Shown here one piece after another: positions 40,980 through 50,616 of a stretch of DNA of 64,000 nucleotides (positions are counted from its first letter, which is position 1; every line of letters starts with the position of its first letter). Under the pieces are notes generated by a model. That model saw nothing but the letters and a program-made list of their open reading frames with translations. It was not told the origin of the DNA and did not search any database. The position numbers and the translations under genes were made by a program. Origin of the DNA: Chloroflexi bacterium RBG_13_51_36 (GTDB taxonomy: Bacteria; Chloroflexota; Dehalococcoidia; GIF9; AB-539-J10); NCBI GenBank assembly GCA_001796515.1, contig MGMS01000010.1, positions 18,209 to 82,208 of the forward strand, read 5' to 3'.

Positions 40980-42220
40980 GAGATTCTGAGTTTTGGGGAA
41001 CCCCGCCCGCCGCAGGTTGCTCAGAGTGACATCCCTTTTTGTCTTTCTGAATGGATTGGAGCGGAGCCCCCGTGTCATTCTCAACAAAACGAAGCGGAGT
41101 GAAGAATTTCGATTCTTCGCTGTTCTCCCTCATAGGGTGAGAGGGAGTTAGAGGGAGTTACGAACTCTTCTACCGTCTACTGGCTCCGGACTACTCTCCA
41201 ATGTCTAATCTCCCTGTCTCCAGTCTCTTCAACGTATCTCCACTGTATCTCTACTAATCTCTAACTGTCTCCAATCTCCAGTGTCTCTAGCGTATCTCCG
41301 CTGTATCTCCACTAATCTCCCTGAATCTCTAGCAGTCTCTATTGTATCTCTAGCCCCTAGTCCCTGACCCCTGGCCCCTAACTGCGCCATTTCCCCCTTG
41401 TTCGAATAAGGAATTCATGCTAATCTCTCCTTGGAACTCGTGTGCTACCCTGACAAATCAAACCCCGCGGGCGCGGTTTCTCAGAACCTGACTGTAAACC
41501 CAACACGGGTTAGGAGGAAGCGCGGTGGCCAGAAAGGCAACCGGAATGCCCGTAAACATGGCTTCTATTCCGGTACCCTTAGCCCTGCCGAAACATCCCA
41601 ACTGTGGAACATTACCAATCTGGAAGGCGTTGACCCTGAAATAGCGCTCATTCGAACCCCTGTGTCATTCTGAATGAAGCGAAACGGAATGAAAAATCTC
41701 TGCAGATTCTTGGTTGTTCTCCCTCTTAGAGCCTGCCCTGAGCTTGCCGAAGGGGTAAGAGGGAGTCAGACCTGCCTGCCGAACAAGTCCTTTGGCAGGC
41801 GGGGAGAGTTACGAACTCTTCCACCGACTCCCGCCTCCCCGTGGTCTTCATTTGTCATGCGGATTTTGGCATCTGGACTTGGTTTGTCATTTGGGCCTCC
41901 CTGCGTCACTCCGCCAACCCCCACCGCTCGCAAATATGAAGGGCAAACCGACGAAACGAATCGTGTGTATTTTAAGGGTTAAATGTGCCCGAGGTAATCG
42001 CCCTACGTATGAAAAACATCTGTTGAACTCCAGAAAAAATAGCCATTTTTACAGAACGAATCATCCCGGCTTTCCTCATGCTCTTCCCCCCTCTGACAAG
42101 GAGGGAAGGGTGTCATTTGGGCTTTGGCACTTGAGCTTTATCTGCCATTTGTGTTGTCTTCTAGCTTCAACTTAAACGTAAACTGTGCTGCGGCGTATTA
42201 TGGTTGGAGGGGTGCCTCCT
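40980..42220. repeat. 1.2 kb gene-poor, repeat-dense region
   Basis: Paired modules at 41040-41200 and 41655-41840 (TGTCATTCTsAA...GAAGCG...TTCTCCCTC..AGAGGGAG..GTTACGAACTCTTC). A ~230-bp CT-rich tract at 41165-41390 has an internal ~65-bp tandem duplication. A second copy of the 40279-40370 repeat starts at 42226. Confidence 0.6.
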
Positions 42221-42661
42221 TCACCCGCTCATTTTGGGGTGACTCTTCAGGTTTGCGATTATTTGAACTATAAATAGCCCGAGCATGATGAGCCCCCACA
42301 CCAAAGAAGTCTTCCACGGCATCACCACAAATCCATAGTTCATCGCGTAATAGAGACCCAGGTAGGGTACTATCCACTTCCAGTTTTTCCTCCAGTTCTC
42401 TCGAAAATTGATTTTCAGTACATAGTCAAATAGCCATTCTACAAGTAGAAAGGCCAGGAAGATCCCGAGAAAGATGCTGTATCGTACCGTTTCATTCTCC
42501 CGTTGCACCAGGAAAATTCCACAGGCTGCGGGAATGGCCAGCAGTAAATAAATCCAACCGAATCGATTAACAAGGTCCAGTCTCTTCTTTCGGACAAGAA
42601 AGAGCAAAATCAGAAAGACGCTGTTCACTAATCCGAGGACAAAAAAATACACTTCTAACAT
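42221..42661 (-). CDS. Small integral membrane protein
   Basis: 146 aa with 4 TM segments. The last ~23 codons are encoded by the repeat that is also present at 40279-40370. Confidence 0.6.
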   Translation of the reverse strand: MLEVYFFVLGLVNSVFLILLFLVRKKRLDLVNRFGWIYLLLAIPAACGIFLVQRENETVRYSIFLGIFLAFLLVEWLFDYVLKINFRENWRKNWKWIVPYLGLYYAMNYGFVVMPWKTSLVWGLIMLGLFIVQIIANLKSHPKMSG

Positions 42662-42708
42662 CTCGACTCACCTCTTGAAGTGAAGAAATAATACAGCACC
42701 AGGTATTA

Positions 42709-42772
42709 GAATTCCACGGACACCGTACCAGTCAGGCCCACTACAAATCAGGTACTCGGTCCTCGGAATGCC
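42709..42772 (+). repeat. 63-bp TIR element, copy 2
   Basis: GAATTCCACGGACACCGTACCAGTCAGGCCCACTACAAATCAGGTACTCGGTCCTCGGAATGCC. Confidence 0.8.
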
Positions 42773-42975
42773 AGTAGCGGAATTGAAAGCACTTCGTTAG
42801 GGGCTTGGTGTGGAGTGAAGGCGGAGGGCTAGCGAAGGGACCGCGAATGCGCAGTAATTGATTCCTTTGACGTAGATATTTAGGTTCTACAGCGTGGTAA
42901 TCCGGCCGGTATCATTCTTGCTTGTTGCCACGAATTGCCTCCCAAACTCCGCCACGACCGCCTCATTTGTGAATC

Positions 42976-43209
42976 CTAGAGCTTTTCCAGGATTTTGTGA
43001 TACTCATCGACGCTGATACCCATATCGCGCAGTATCTTGCGCAGCAAAGGCCGCACAATAACCTGCGCACCGTGATCCGGGATAACAATTATGCGGCCTT
43101 CAGGGTTTTTGAAACTATTATGACTCCCCTGGCGACGCTTCCACTCGAAACCACAACTTTCCGCTACTTTTCTTAATTCTCTGTAGGTAACCAGGCGGAG
43201 TCTGGTCAA
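42976..43209 (-). CDS. hicA: HicA-family toxin
   Basis: KVAESCGFEWKRRQGSHNSFKNPEGRIIVIPDHG matches HicA. Confidence 0.75.
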   Translation of the reverse strand: MTRLRLVTYRELRKVAESCGFEWKRRQGSHNSFKNPEGRIIVIPDHGAQVIVRPLLRKILRDMGISVDEYHKILEKL

Positions 43210-43460
43210 GCCAATACCTCAACGCGCCAGGTACCGACGAAATCGGGGAGTGGTTCTTCAGGCGAGGCTGTCTTGAGGTACACAGATATGGCTTCACGAA
43301 CATTAGATTCGAGGGAGGGCAAATCCGGCGCCTGTGTATAGCAGCCAGGAAGCTCAACGACTTCGCCAACCAGCCATTTGCTTTCGGGGTCTCTTTCCAC
43401 TACTACGGTATATGAATTTTTCACCTTGTTAAACGCTGGTTTAGCAGGTTTTCTCCTCAT
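43206..43460 (-). CDS. hicB: HicB-family antitoxin
   Basis: YTVVVERDPESKWLVGEVVELPGCYTQAPDLPSLESNVREAISVYL matches HicB. Start at the internal Met of the 255 aa ORF; the rest of that ORF covers repeats. Confidence 0.7.
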   Translation of the reverse strand: MRRKPAKPAFNKVKNSYTVVVERDPESKWLVGEVVELPGCYTQAPDLPSLESNVREAISVYLKTASPEEPLPDFVGTWRVEVLA

Positions 43461-43479
43461 TAAACAAAATGCCTGTTGT

Positions 43480-43640
43480 TTAATAATAGCACTGGAAGGA
43501 ATAGGTGGCAATCTCTTAGCCCCGCCGAGATTGCTTCGTCGCCTTTGGCTCCTCGCAAAGACATCGGGGAGATTGCGTAGCTTGTTCCGAAGCGCCAGCG
43601 AGGAATCTCGTTCCTCGCAATGACAAAGAAAGGTGTCACT
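43480..43640. repeat. Reverse-orientation copies of the TGTCATTGCGAG family (CCTCGCAATGACA)
   Basis: GGCTCCTCGCAAAGACA and TTCCTCGCAATGACAAAG. Lies between hicB and rpoD. Confidence 0.5.
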
Positions 43641-43812
43641 AATCGAGTGAGCGAGTGAGCAATCTTCCCAAACTGCGGACGTTGTGCTATAATGAGAGTC
43701 ACTGTGAGGCGGTCTGGCAAGGCAAGGACTGAGTTTCCCCCCAACAAAATGGCGCAACCACAAATTCCGGGCAACAACTTCAGGAGGTCTTCCTCGAAAA
43801 ACAGAAAGAACA

Positions 43813-45285
43813 ATGACTAAAGGAAGAAGCATCAATGTGGATGGTGATGGGATGCTGGCTGAAGGCTTACTCAGCGATGAAGCCGAAGTTGAAGATGTCA
43901 GTCCCATAGACGAGGAAGTCGAAGAGAAAGAAGAAGGCGAAGAGTTATCCGCCGACGAAACTGAAGAGAGCAAGCCCCCGGCAGCACCAGCGGACTACGA
44001 CGTAATCGACGACTCAGCTCGCATGTATCTTCAGGAACTCGGCAGGGTGCCGCTGCTTACATCTCACGAAGAGAAGGCACTGTCCCGGAAGATAGAGCTG
44101 GGTAGATACGTAGAAAGGTTCAAGGATAACCACTTCAGGAAATACCAGAAATCCCCTTCACCCGTTGACATAGTCATTCACGTAGTTTCTCAATTATCCA
44201 GGGGATATCCCATTGCCCGGATCATTGAACAGCGTATTGGTATCGAGCACTCCAGCAATGTGGTAGAGACGATCAGGAATCCTGAATTTCGCGCTGCCAT
44301 CGATGTTGTCATAGATCCATCGCTAATAGCTGCAATCGCTGAGGAAATAGGTGAAGAGATCACTGTGGCCGAAGGAGCCATAGTAAATCTTTCTATAAAC
44401 AGTCAACTTTTGCCCGAGCAATTGCTGGAGCTACTGGCCATAGCTAAACCTTCACGGCAGAAACTAAAGGCCCTCGTGACTAACAAGAGGTTCCTGTCTC
44501 AACTCGATTCTCATAGCGGTGAGTTTAAGGCTTACTTCGAGAAGGTGGGGACCGAGGCAGAAGTATCAGAAAGGCACCTCACTGAAGCAAACCTGCGCCT
44601 GGTGGTCAGCATAGCCAAGAAGCATATTGCGCGTGGCATGCCCTTCCTTGATCTTATCCAGGAGGGGAATATTGGCCTCATGCGAGCTATAGAGAAGTTT
44701 CAGTATAGAAGAGGCTACAAGTTCAGTACCTATGCCACCTGGTGGATCAGGCAGGGTATCACTCGGTCTATAGCTGACCAATCCCGTACCATCCGCGTTC
44801 CGGTACACATGGTAGAGGCAATTAACAAGATATTACGCACAATGCGGCAGTTAGTTCAAGAACTTGGACGCCAACCGAGTTACGAGGAAATCGGCGGCCG
44901 TCTGGATATACCGCCGGAAAGAGTGGAAGAAGTCATGGCTGTGTTCTTCCGTCAGCCAATGTCGCTGGACCTGCCCATTGGCGAAGATGGTGATAGCTGT
45001 CTGGGTGACCTTGTCGAGGATCACGGCAGTTTGGCACCAACTGACGCCACTTCACAGCAGCTACTCAAAGAGCAAATAGATAAGGTGCTCGACGAACTTA
45101 CCGAACGGGAAAAAAGGGTGCTCCAGCTCAGGTTCGGCCTTGGAGACGGACATGCTCGAACACTGGAAGAGGTGGGCAAGGAATTCAGTGTAACTCGAGA
45201 AAGAATACGGCAGATTGAAGGCAAGGCTATACGCAAGCTACGTCATCCTTCTCGCAGTCGAAAGCTCAAGGGCTATCTGGAGTGA
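43813..45285 (+). CDS. rpoD: RNA polymerase sigma-70 factor (RpoD-like, with acidic N-terminal region 1.1)
   Basis: Region 1.2 [12 protein letters not shown], region 2 [11 protein letters not shown]...[17 protein letters not shown], region 4 [20 protein letters not shown]. Confidence 0.88.
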   Translation: MTKGRSINVDGDGMLAEGLLSDEAEVEDVSPIDEEVEEKEEGEELSADETEESKPPAAPADYDVIDDSARMYLQELGRVPLLTSHEEKALSRKIELGRYVERFKDNHFRKYQKSPSPVDIVIHVVSQLSRGYPIARIIEQRIGIEHSSNVVETIRNPEFRAAIDVVIDPSLIAAIAEEIGEEITVAEGAIVNLSINSQLLPEQLLELLAIAKPSRQKLKALVTNKRFLSQLDSHSGEFKAYFEKVGTEAEVSERHLTEANLRLVVSIAKKHIARGMPFLDLIQEGNIGLMRAIEKFQYRRGYKFSTYATWWIRQGITRSIADQSRTIRVPVHMVEAINKILRTMRQLVQELGRQPSYEEIGGRLDIPPERVEEVMAVFFRQPMSLDLPIGEDGDSCLGDLVEDHGSLAPTDATSQQLLKEQIDKVLDELTEREKRVLQLRFGLGDGHARTLEEVGKEFSVTRERIRQIEGKAIRKLRHPSRSRKLKGYLE

Positions 45286-45365
45286 TTTGCCTGAATGGCA
45301 GATCAGGCATAGTACCCATCTTCTCAGACAACGTGCCTTTTTTCCATATTAGGAGAGTACGCGGC

Positions 45366-45428
45366 GAATTTCGGGGACACCATACCGGTCAGGTCTGTTA
45401 CAAATCAGGTACTATTTCCCCAGAATGC
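45366..45428 (+). repeat. 63-bp TIR element, copy 3
   Basis: GAATTTCGGGGACACCATACCGGTCAGGTCTGTTACAAATCAGGTACTATTTCCCCAGAATGC. Confidence 0.8.
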
Positions 45429-45573
45429 AGGCCCACTGTCAGGGGCTTCAAATCCTAATTACCACCAAATTGATAACAGGAGCCACCGATGATAATATGC
45501 CATCATGGTCGCTGCAAGAGCAGGACTCTTGAGAGTCGAGCTGCACAACTATTAGCATAAGGAAACAATAGAA

Positions 45574-46692
45574 GTGATTCCGCTATTTGAACAGTACCCG
45601 CTGCTTCGGGAGAAGCTCGCCTATGTACCGCTGGGCGAATTCCCTACCCCGGTGCAAAAGCTGGAAAGATTAGGAGCCGAGCTGGGCATCAGCCAGGTCT
45701 ATATAAAACGCGACGACCTGAGCGGCAAACTGTACGGCGGTAACAAGCCTCGAAAGTTGGAGTTCATTCTGGGCGACGTTCTGCGCTCTAGGGCGAAGGA
45801 GGTCATGACCTTTGGCGGTGCCGGTTCGAACCATGCTCTGGCCACTGCCATGTATGCGCGAGAGGTTGGCCTGAAGAGCATCTCGATGTTGATGCCACAG
45901 CCGAATGCACGGTATGTCCGCCGCAATCTACTCATGAGCCACTACTGCGGCGCGGAATTACACCCGTGTGGGTCCGGGTTAGAATCGGTAAGAAATATGC
46001 CGCTGGTTTACGCTGCGGCCATCTATCAGCTTCTGCGGCACAGGCTGAGAAAAGGCCGCCTTCCCTACTTTATTCCTCCCGGCGGTTCATCCCTCCTTGG
46101 CGTTGTCGGTTTTGTTAACGCAGCACTCGAATTGGGAAGACAAATCGCGGGTGGAGAAATGCCGGAGCCGGAGTATATCTACGTCGCCTGCGGTACGATG
46201 GGCACAGCGGCCGGACTGACTCTCGGACTCAGGGCGGCCAGGCTCACCAGCCGGGTAGTCCCGGTACGGATATGCGGCGAAAGATTTGTGAATACCGGAG
46301 CAATGATTAAGCTCATCAACAAGGTGAACTTCTTACTTTGTTCCCTGGATGCTTCTTTCGCTAAGTTCGAGTTCTCTGAAACAGACGTCGATATCAGACT
46401 CGATTATGCCGGCCAGCGATACGCGCTGTTTACGGATGAGGGGATGGAGGCAGTGTCCCTGATGGGAAAGTGCGAAGGAATCAAACTGGATGGCACCTAT
46501 ACAGGCAAGACCATGGCAGCGCTTAAACACGATGCAAAGAACGGGAGCTTGCGGGGTAAAGCAGTCCTGTTCTGGAACACTCTGAACTCAAGGGATTTCT
46601 CAGACGCTATATCCGGCCTTGATTATCACGACCTCCCCCGCCCCTTTCACCGTTATTTTGGGGAAGAAGTGCAGCCCCTCGACCGTGAGTAG
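45574..46692 (+). CDS. PLP-dependent ACC deaminase / D-cysteine desulfhydrase family protein
   Basis: YIKRDDLSGKLYGGNKPRKLEFILGD is the family signature. 372 aa. Confidence 0.75.
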   Translation: MIPLFEQYPLLREKLAYVPLGEFPTPVQKLERLGAELGISQVYIKRDDLSGKLYGGNKPRKLEFILGDVLRSRAKEVMTFGGAGSNHALATAMYAREVGLKSISMLMPQPNARYVRRNLLMSHYCGAELHPCGSGLESVRNMPLVYAAAIYQLLRHRLRKGRLPYFIPPGGSSLLGVVGFVNAALELGRQIAGGEMPEPEYIYVACGTMGTAAGLTLGLRAARLTSRVVPVRICGERFVNTGAMIKLINKVNFLLCSLDASFAKFEFSETDVDIRLDYAGQRYALFTDEGMEAVSLMGKCEGIKLDGTYTGKTMAALKHDAKNGSLRGKAVLFWNTLNSRDFSDAISGLDYHDLPRPFHRYFGEEVQPLDRE

Positions 46693-46703
46693 TGACTCCG
46701 CAT

Positions 46704-46752
46704 AATTCCGGCGATACCATGCCAGTCAGGCCACAGTGCTCCGGGTGTCAGG
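46704..46752 (+). repeat. 63-bp TIR element, copy 4 (divergent/partial)
   Basis: AATTCCGGCGATACCATGCCAGTCAGGCCACAGTGCTCCGGGTGTCAGG. Confidence 0.6.
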
Positions 46753-47634
46753 TCGATTAGTGCCTGGCGCATCACTCCTCAGAAAATTGAGCACTTCCCG
46801 GTTGAATACCTTTCTCATCTCGAAGGAAAAATAATGAGAACCACCCTCAACTTTGACCAGCTTAGCGTCGGGTATCTTGCCGGCTATCACCCCGGAAGAA
46901 ACGGGCTTGATGATTCTATCTCCAGTTCCCACGATAACCAGGGTGGGAGTCGTGATTGATGACAGTCTCTCCAGCGTATCGTGTGTCCGGCAAGCTTCAC
47001 TCTGCCCCGCAATCCCTAGCCTGCCTGAAGCTCCCGTGAACCTGGTCTGGACTCTGGCGAGGAGACCAAAGATGAACCTGTAAAATGGCTTGTTGAAAGC
47101 CAGGCCGACCATAGCGCCGACCTTCTTCTCAGGGGTCAGTTGCAGAAATTTCGCCTGCTCCAGCGTATCTCCGCTTGTTTCATCCTGCCGGGCATAGGTA
47201 GAGGCCAGTACCAGCTTCATGACTCTCAAGGGATAGTTTATAGCCAGCTCCTGGGCAATCATGCCACCCATGGAAAGCCCCATAATATAGGCTTTCTCAA
47301 TCCCTAAAAGGTCCATGAGCTTTGCTGTATGATCGGCCATCATCCTGGTGGAGTAGGGGCCCGGCGGCTTGTCCGACTTGCCGACCCCCCGATTATCAAA
47401 GGTGATTACCCGGTAATACCTCTTGAAGAAAGGTATCTGGGGCATCCAGCCGCTCCTGCCGGCGGTAAACCCCATTATCATCACCAGCGGTTCGCCCTGT
47501 CCTTCTACCTGATAGCTGATATTAATACCGTTAAGCCTGGCTAGCGGCATGATGCAAGCTCCTTTCTTTCTTGTTTTGCTGCAAGTATATAACAACCGAT
47601 TTGTCGGATGAAGGCCCGGGTGGCAAACACTCAC
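46726..47634 (-). CDS. Alpha/beta hydrolase
   Basis: GLSMGGMIAQE nucleophile elbow. 302 aa. Confidence 0.8.
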   Translation of the reverse strand: MSVCHPGLHPTNRLLYTCSKTRKKGACIMPLARLNGINISYQVEGQGEPLVMIMGFTAGRSGWMPQIPFFKRYYRVITFDNRGVGKSDKPPGPYSTRMMADHTAKLMDLLGIEKAYIMGLSMGGMIAQELAINYPLRVMKLVLASTYARQDETSGDTLEQAKFLQLTPEKKVGAMVGLAFNKPFYRFIFGLLARVQTRFTGASGRLGIAGQSEACRTHDTLERLSSITTPTLVIVGTGDRIIKPVSSGVIAGKIPDAKLVKVEGGSHYFSFEMRKVFNREVLNFLRSDAPGTNRPDTRSTVA

Positions 47635-47688
47635 TTTGTTACATAGACTGACTGAAGTCCTTAACTTAGCATAATATCATCTACCTGC

Positions 47689-47751
47689 GAATTTCAGGAG
47701 GACGATGCTAATCAGACCTGCTACAAATCAGGTGTTATGCCCCCGGAATAC
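47689..47751 (+). repeat. 63-bp TIR element, copy 5
   Basis: GAATTTCAGGAGGACGATGCTAATCAGACCTGCTACAAATCAGGTGTTATGCCCCCGGAATAC. Confidence 0.8.
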
Positions 47752-47785
47752 TAAGTAAGGATGCCTGGCCGGCAAAAAATTGGAC

Positions 47786-47922
47786 GTCCCGAGTAACCTC
47801 ACTTCCTTCACCTGCTTCGTCCAGCCTGATTTCTAGCTTACCTTGTACCGGCTGACGCCTGCACCTTTCAGCTTCCACCAGGCCCGACTCTTATGCCGGG
47901 TCCCCGCTCAGCTACTCGGGAC
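47786..47922. mobile_element. 137-bp MITE-like element with terminal inverted repeats GTCCCGAGTAAC / GCTACTCGGGAC, copy A
   Basis: GTCCCGAGTAACCTCACTTCC...CAGCTTCCACCAGGCCCGACTCTTATGCCGGGTCCCCGCTCAGCTACTCGGGAC. A near-identical copy lies at 50756-50892. Confidence 0.6.
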
Positions 47923-48005
47923 GGTGCTCATACTAAGATGTATATAGCTGGTTGTCAATTCCTCATAAGTACCAAGACATTAGTACCTGGTCTTCGGGGT
48001 TGGCT

Positions 48006-48048
48006 AATTCCGGGGGCGTCATGCCAATCGGGCTTGTTGCAAATGGTT
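48006..48048 (+). repeat. 63-bp TIR element, copy 6 (partial)
   Basis: AATTCCGGGGGCGTCATGCCAATCGGGCTTGTTGCAAATGGTTG. Confidence 0.6.
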
Positions 48049-48098
48049 GAAGATTCTTTAATTCAGGTGTACACTGGACAACTGAGTATAGAGCGGAG

Positions 48099-48563
48099 GT
48101 GTCTCTAATGAAAGCTTTAGTAGTATATGACTCAGTTTATGGAAACACGGAGAAAATAGCCAAGGCTATCGGTGACGCTATTGCGCCGTCCGGTGAGGTC
48201 AAGGTATTGCGGGCGGGCGAGGCAAGTCCCTCGGAACTGGTATCTATTGACCTTCTCATTGTGGGTTCTCCGACCCATGCAGGCCGGCCAGTACAGGCAG
48301 TCCAGGAATTTCTTAAGAAAGTCCCCGAACTTTCCTTGAAAGGTGTCAAGGTAGCTGCGTTCGATACCAGAATCTCGAAGAAGATCGTGGGAGTGTTCGG
48401 ATATGCTGCCGGACGTATCGTTGACAATCTCAAGAAAAAGGGTGGCAGTCTCGTAGCGTCTCCCGAGGGTTTCTTTGTTACGGGGGGCGAGGGGCCACTG
48501 AAGGGCGGGGAACTGGAGCGGGCTGCAGCCTGGGTTAAAGGGATTCTCGGGGCCAAGAAGTAA
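48099..48563 (+). CDS. Flavodoxin-like protein
   Basis: MKALVVYDSVYGNTEKIAKAIGDAI is a flavodoxin N-terminus. 154 aa. Confidence 0.8.
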   Translation: MSLMKALVVYDSVYGNTEKIAKAIGDAIAPSGEVKVLRAGEASPSELVSIDLLIVGSPTHAGRPVQAVQEFLKKVPELSLKGVKVAAFDTRISKKIVGVFGYAAGRIVDNLKKKGGSLVASPEGFFVTGGEGPLKGGELERAAAWVKGILGAKK

Positions 48564-48610
48564 TTCCGCAAAGTCATTCCCTTTTCCGGCCGCACGACTA
48601 TTCGCTTATT

Positions 48611-49711
48611 ATGGAACCGTTGAACAAGACTAAGAAGGTACCTTTGGTTTTTGTGCCCGGCCTCTTTGGTTCATGTTTGTTCAAGAAAGGGACCGGTGAA
48701 CCGCTCTGGCCTACCGTGGGGTGGGGCGATAAAGGACATTTTAAACCCACATCCTTGAGACCCCTGACATCTATTACCGATAAGGAGACTTCTCAGAATG
48801 AGCCTCTGTTTCCTCTGGTGTATAGCGAAATGCTGCGTTACTTTGAGAATATGGGGTACATCGTCGGGCAGAATTTCTGGATATTCCCCTATGACTGGAC
48901 TCAAAGCAACCGGGAGTCGGGGCGAAGGCTGGCGCAGTTCATTCGGAATATACTTTCAGCCTATCCACAGTGGCAGCAAGTTGATATAGTCAGTCATTCC
49001 ATGGGCGGACTGGTAACCCGTGTGGCAGCCAAGTTAGATTCTGCACCAATTCGCCGGACTGTCTATATTGCATCACCGCATTTCGGCTCACCTAAAGCCT
49101 TTTTTGTTCTCCACCGAAAAATTAGATTTTCTGTATTCAGGGGCTTCTTCAGGAATTTGATAGGTGATCTGGCCTGGAGGTGGTATCTACATGGCCTGGC
49201 ACATACCGGGAGCCTCAACCTGGAAAAAGAAATCAAGGGTATGGCCTGCCAGCTGGATTCCGTATTTGAGCTATTGCCGGATAGATTTTATTTCGAGCAG
49301 AACCATATGGTAGTTATCAGAAGGCCGCTTGCAAGTGCTTTGCCTATAAGTGGCCTGGAGTCGACGTATTATAGCGGCCAGAGTAAATTTCCGTCTTCCG
49401 AATGCCAGGATAGAGTCAAGCGGGCCATGGCATTCAAGGAAGAGCTGGGAGCGACGCTTCCCGGGCAGGAAAACCTGGTGATTTATTCGGATTGCGAAAA
49501 GACCGATGACCAGATAGTTTTTCCGGGACAGGTCTGGTGGCGCTTCGGACGGTATAGAGATAGCGGACAAGGGGGAGATTCGATAGTGCCCGTCAGCAGT
49601 GCGGCTCTGAATAATCCAGCTGCCGCGAGGATGGTACAGGGGACGCATTTTGGTATCCCGAATAGCCAGGAGACCGCCCTGCTGGTAAAAGAGTTTTTGG
49701 ATAAACCATGA
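48611..49711 (+). CDS. Lipase/esterase-like alpha/beta hydrolase (PGAP1/LCAT-like)
   Basis: VSHSMGGLVTR nucleophile elbow. 366 aa. Confidence 0.6.
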   Translation: MEPLNKTKKVPLVFVPGLFGSCLFKKGTGEPLWPTVGWGDKGHFKPTSLRPLTSITDKETSQNEPLFPLVYSEMLRYFENMGYIVGQNFWIFPYDWTQSNRESGRRLAQFIRNILSAYPQWQQVDIVSHSMGGLVTRVAAKLDSAPIRRTVYIASPHFGSPKAFFVLHRKIRFSVFRGFFRNLIGDLAWRWYLHGLAHTGSLNLEKEIKGMACQLDSVFELLPDRFYFEQNHMVVIRRPLASALPISGLESTYYSGQSKFPSSECQDRVKRAMAFKEELGATLPGQENLVIYSDCEKTDDQIVFPGQVWWRFGRYRDSGQGGDSIVPVSSAALNNPAAARMVQGTHFGIPNSQETALLVKEFLDKP

Positions 49712-49751
49712 TTATCGCCTATCTCTGCTCCCAAAGGTAACTCAAGTCCCG

Positions 49752-49814
49752 GAATTCCAGGGACAACATATCAATCGGCCCGCTGTAAATCAGGCATTAC
49801 GCCCCCCGAATACC
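49752..49814 (+). repeat. 63-bp TIR element, copy 7
   Basis: GAATTCCAGGGACAACATATCAATCGGCCCGCTGTAAATCAGGCATTACGCCCCCCGAATACC. Confidence 0.8.
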
Positions 49815-49991
49815 TGGCACATGATTTAATGGCAAGGTCATCGAGGTACGGGGTATCCGGTGGATGTGACTATCAAGGCCAATGTTGTTCTCGTAGTTTA
49901 GAAGCGATATAATCGGTCACACCAGCGAGGAAGAACCAACACCCCTTGTTGCTGCGGAACAGTGTGTCTCTATCATTGAGAGGAGAGGCGA

Positions 49992-50456
49992 ATGTCGGAT
50001 CTGAAGACTGAATTCCTGTGCACGGTAGCCGCTAATGTTGACTGGCGGCAGGTCATAGATATAGGAGTGACGCCGCACGGCATACGGCAGGTAGTATATA
50101 TAAAGGGCGGTAAATTCGAAGGCCCGCAAATCAAAGGAGTTGTGCTGCCCGGAGGGGGCGACTGGTTTGTTCGCCGGGCCGACCAGATGGTGGAACTGGA
50201 CGTTCGCTGTGTCTTACGCACTGATGACAATCACCTGATATATTGCTGTCTCAAAGGCATTAACGAGATGCCTGCCGAGGTTGCCATCAAGGCAATCACC
50301 GGTCAACCTATCGATTCATCGCAATACTACTTCCGGGTTACAACGGTAATTGAGACCGGATCCAAGAAGTATGGCTGGCTGAACCGTATTGTCGCGGTCG
50401 GAGTGGGCAACCTCACGCTGGCGGGTGTCGAGTACAAGATCTACACGCTCCTATGA
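49992..50456 (+). CDS. Hypothetical protein (DUF3237-like beta-barrel)
   Basis: 154 aa. VDWRQVIDIGVTPHGIRQVVYIKGGKFEGPQIKGVVLPGGGDW; no catalytic motif recognised. Confidence 0.35.
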   Translation: MSDLKTEFLCTVAANVDWRQVIDIGVTPHGIRQVVYIKGGKFEGPQIKGVVLPGGGDWFVRRADQMVELDVRCVLRTDDNHLIYCCLKGINEMPAEVAIKAITGQPIDSSQYYFRVTTVIETGSKKYGWLNRIVAVGVGNLTLAGVEYKIYTLL

Positions 50457-50552
50457 ATATGAGGCATGCATGTGCCACGGGGTTTAACTGCTAGGGCCTG
50501 TGGAGTCTCGTATTCATCTGCCAGATTGTGATTGCCCTTTCTGACTTCTAGG

Positions 50553-50616
50553 GAATTGCAGGGGCACAATACCAATCAGGCCTGCTGCAAATCAAGTGTT
50601 GTGTCCGCATAATAGC
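50553..50616 (+). repeat. 63-bp TIR element, copy 8
   Basis: GAATTGCAGGGGCACAATACCAATCAGGCCTGCTGCAAATCAAGTGTTGTGTCCGCATAATAGC. Confidence 0.8.

Noticed and set aside
41431-42175. ORFs of 80, 102 and 127 aa in the 41-42 kb repeat region.
   Set aside because: They overlap dispersed repeat modules. Only the 80 aa basic ORF is noted as a weak possibility in the findings; the others are repeat-encoded.
43206-43973. 255 aa Ser-rich ORF.
   Set aside because: Only the C-terminal 84 aa match HicB. The N-terminal portion runs through TGTCATTGCGAG-family repeats and is low complexity.
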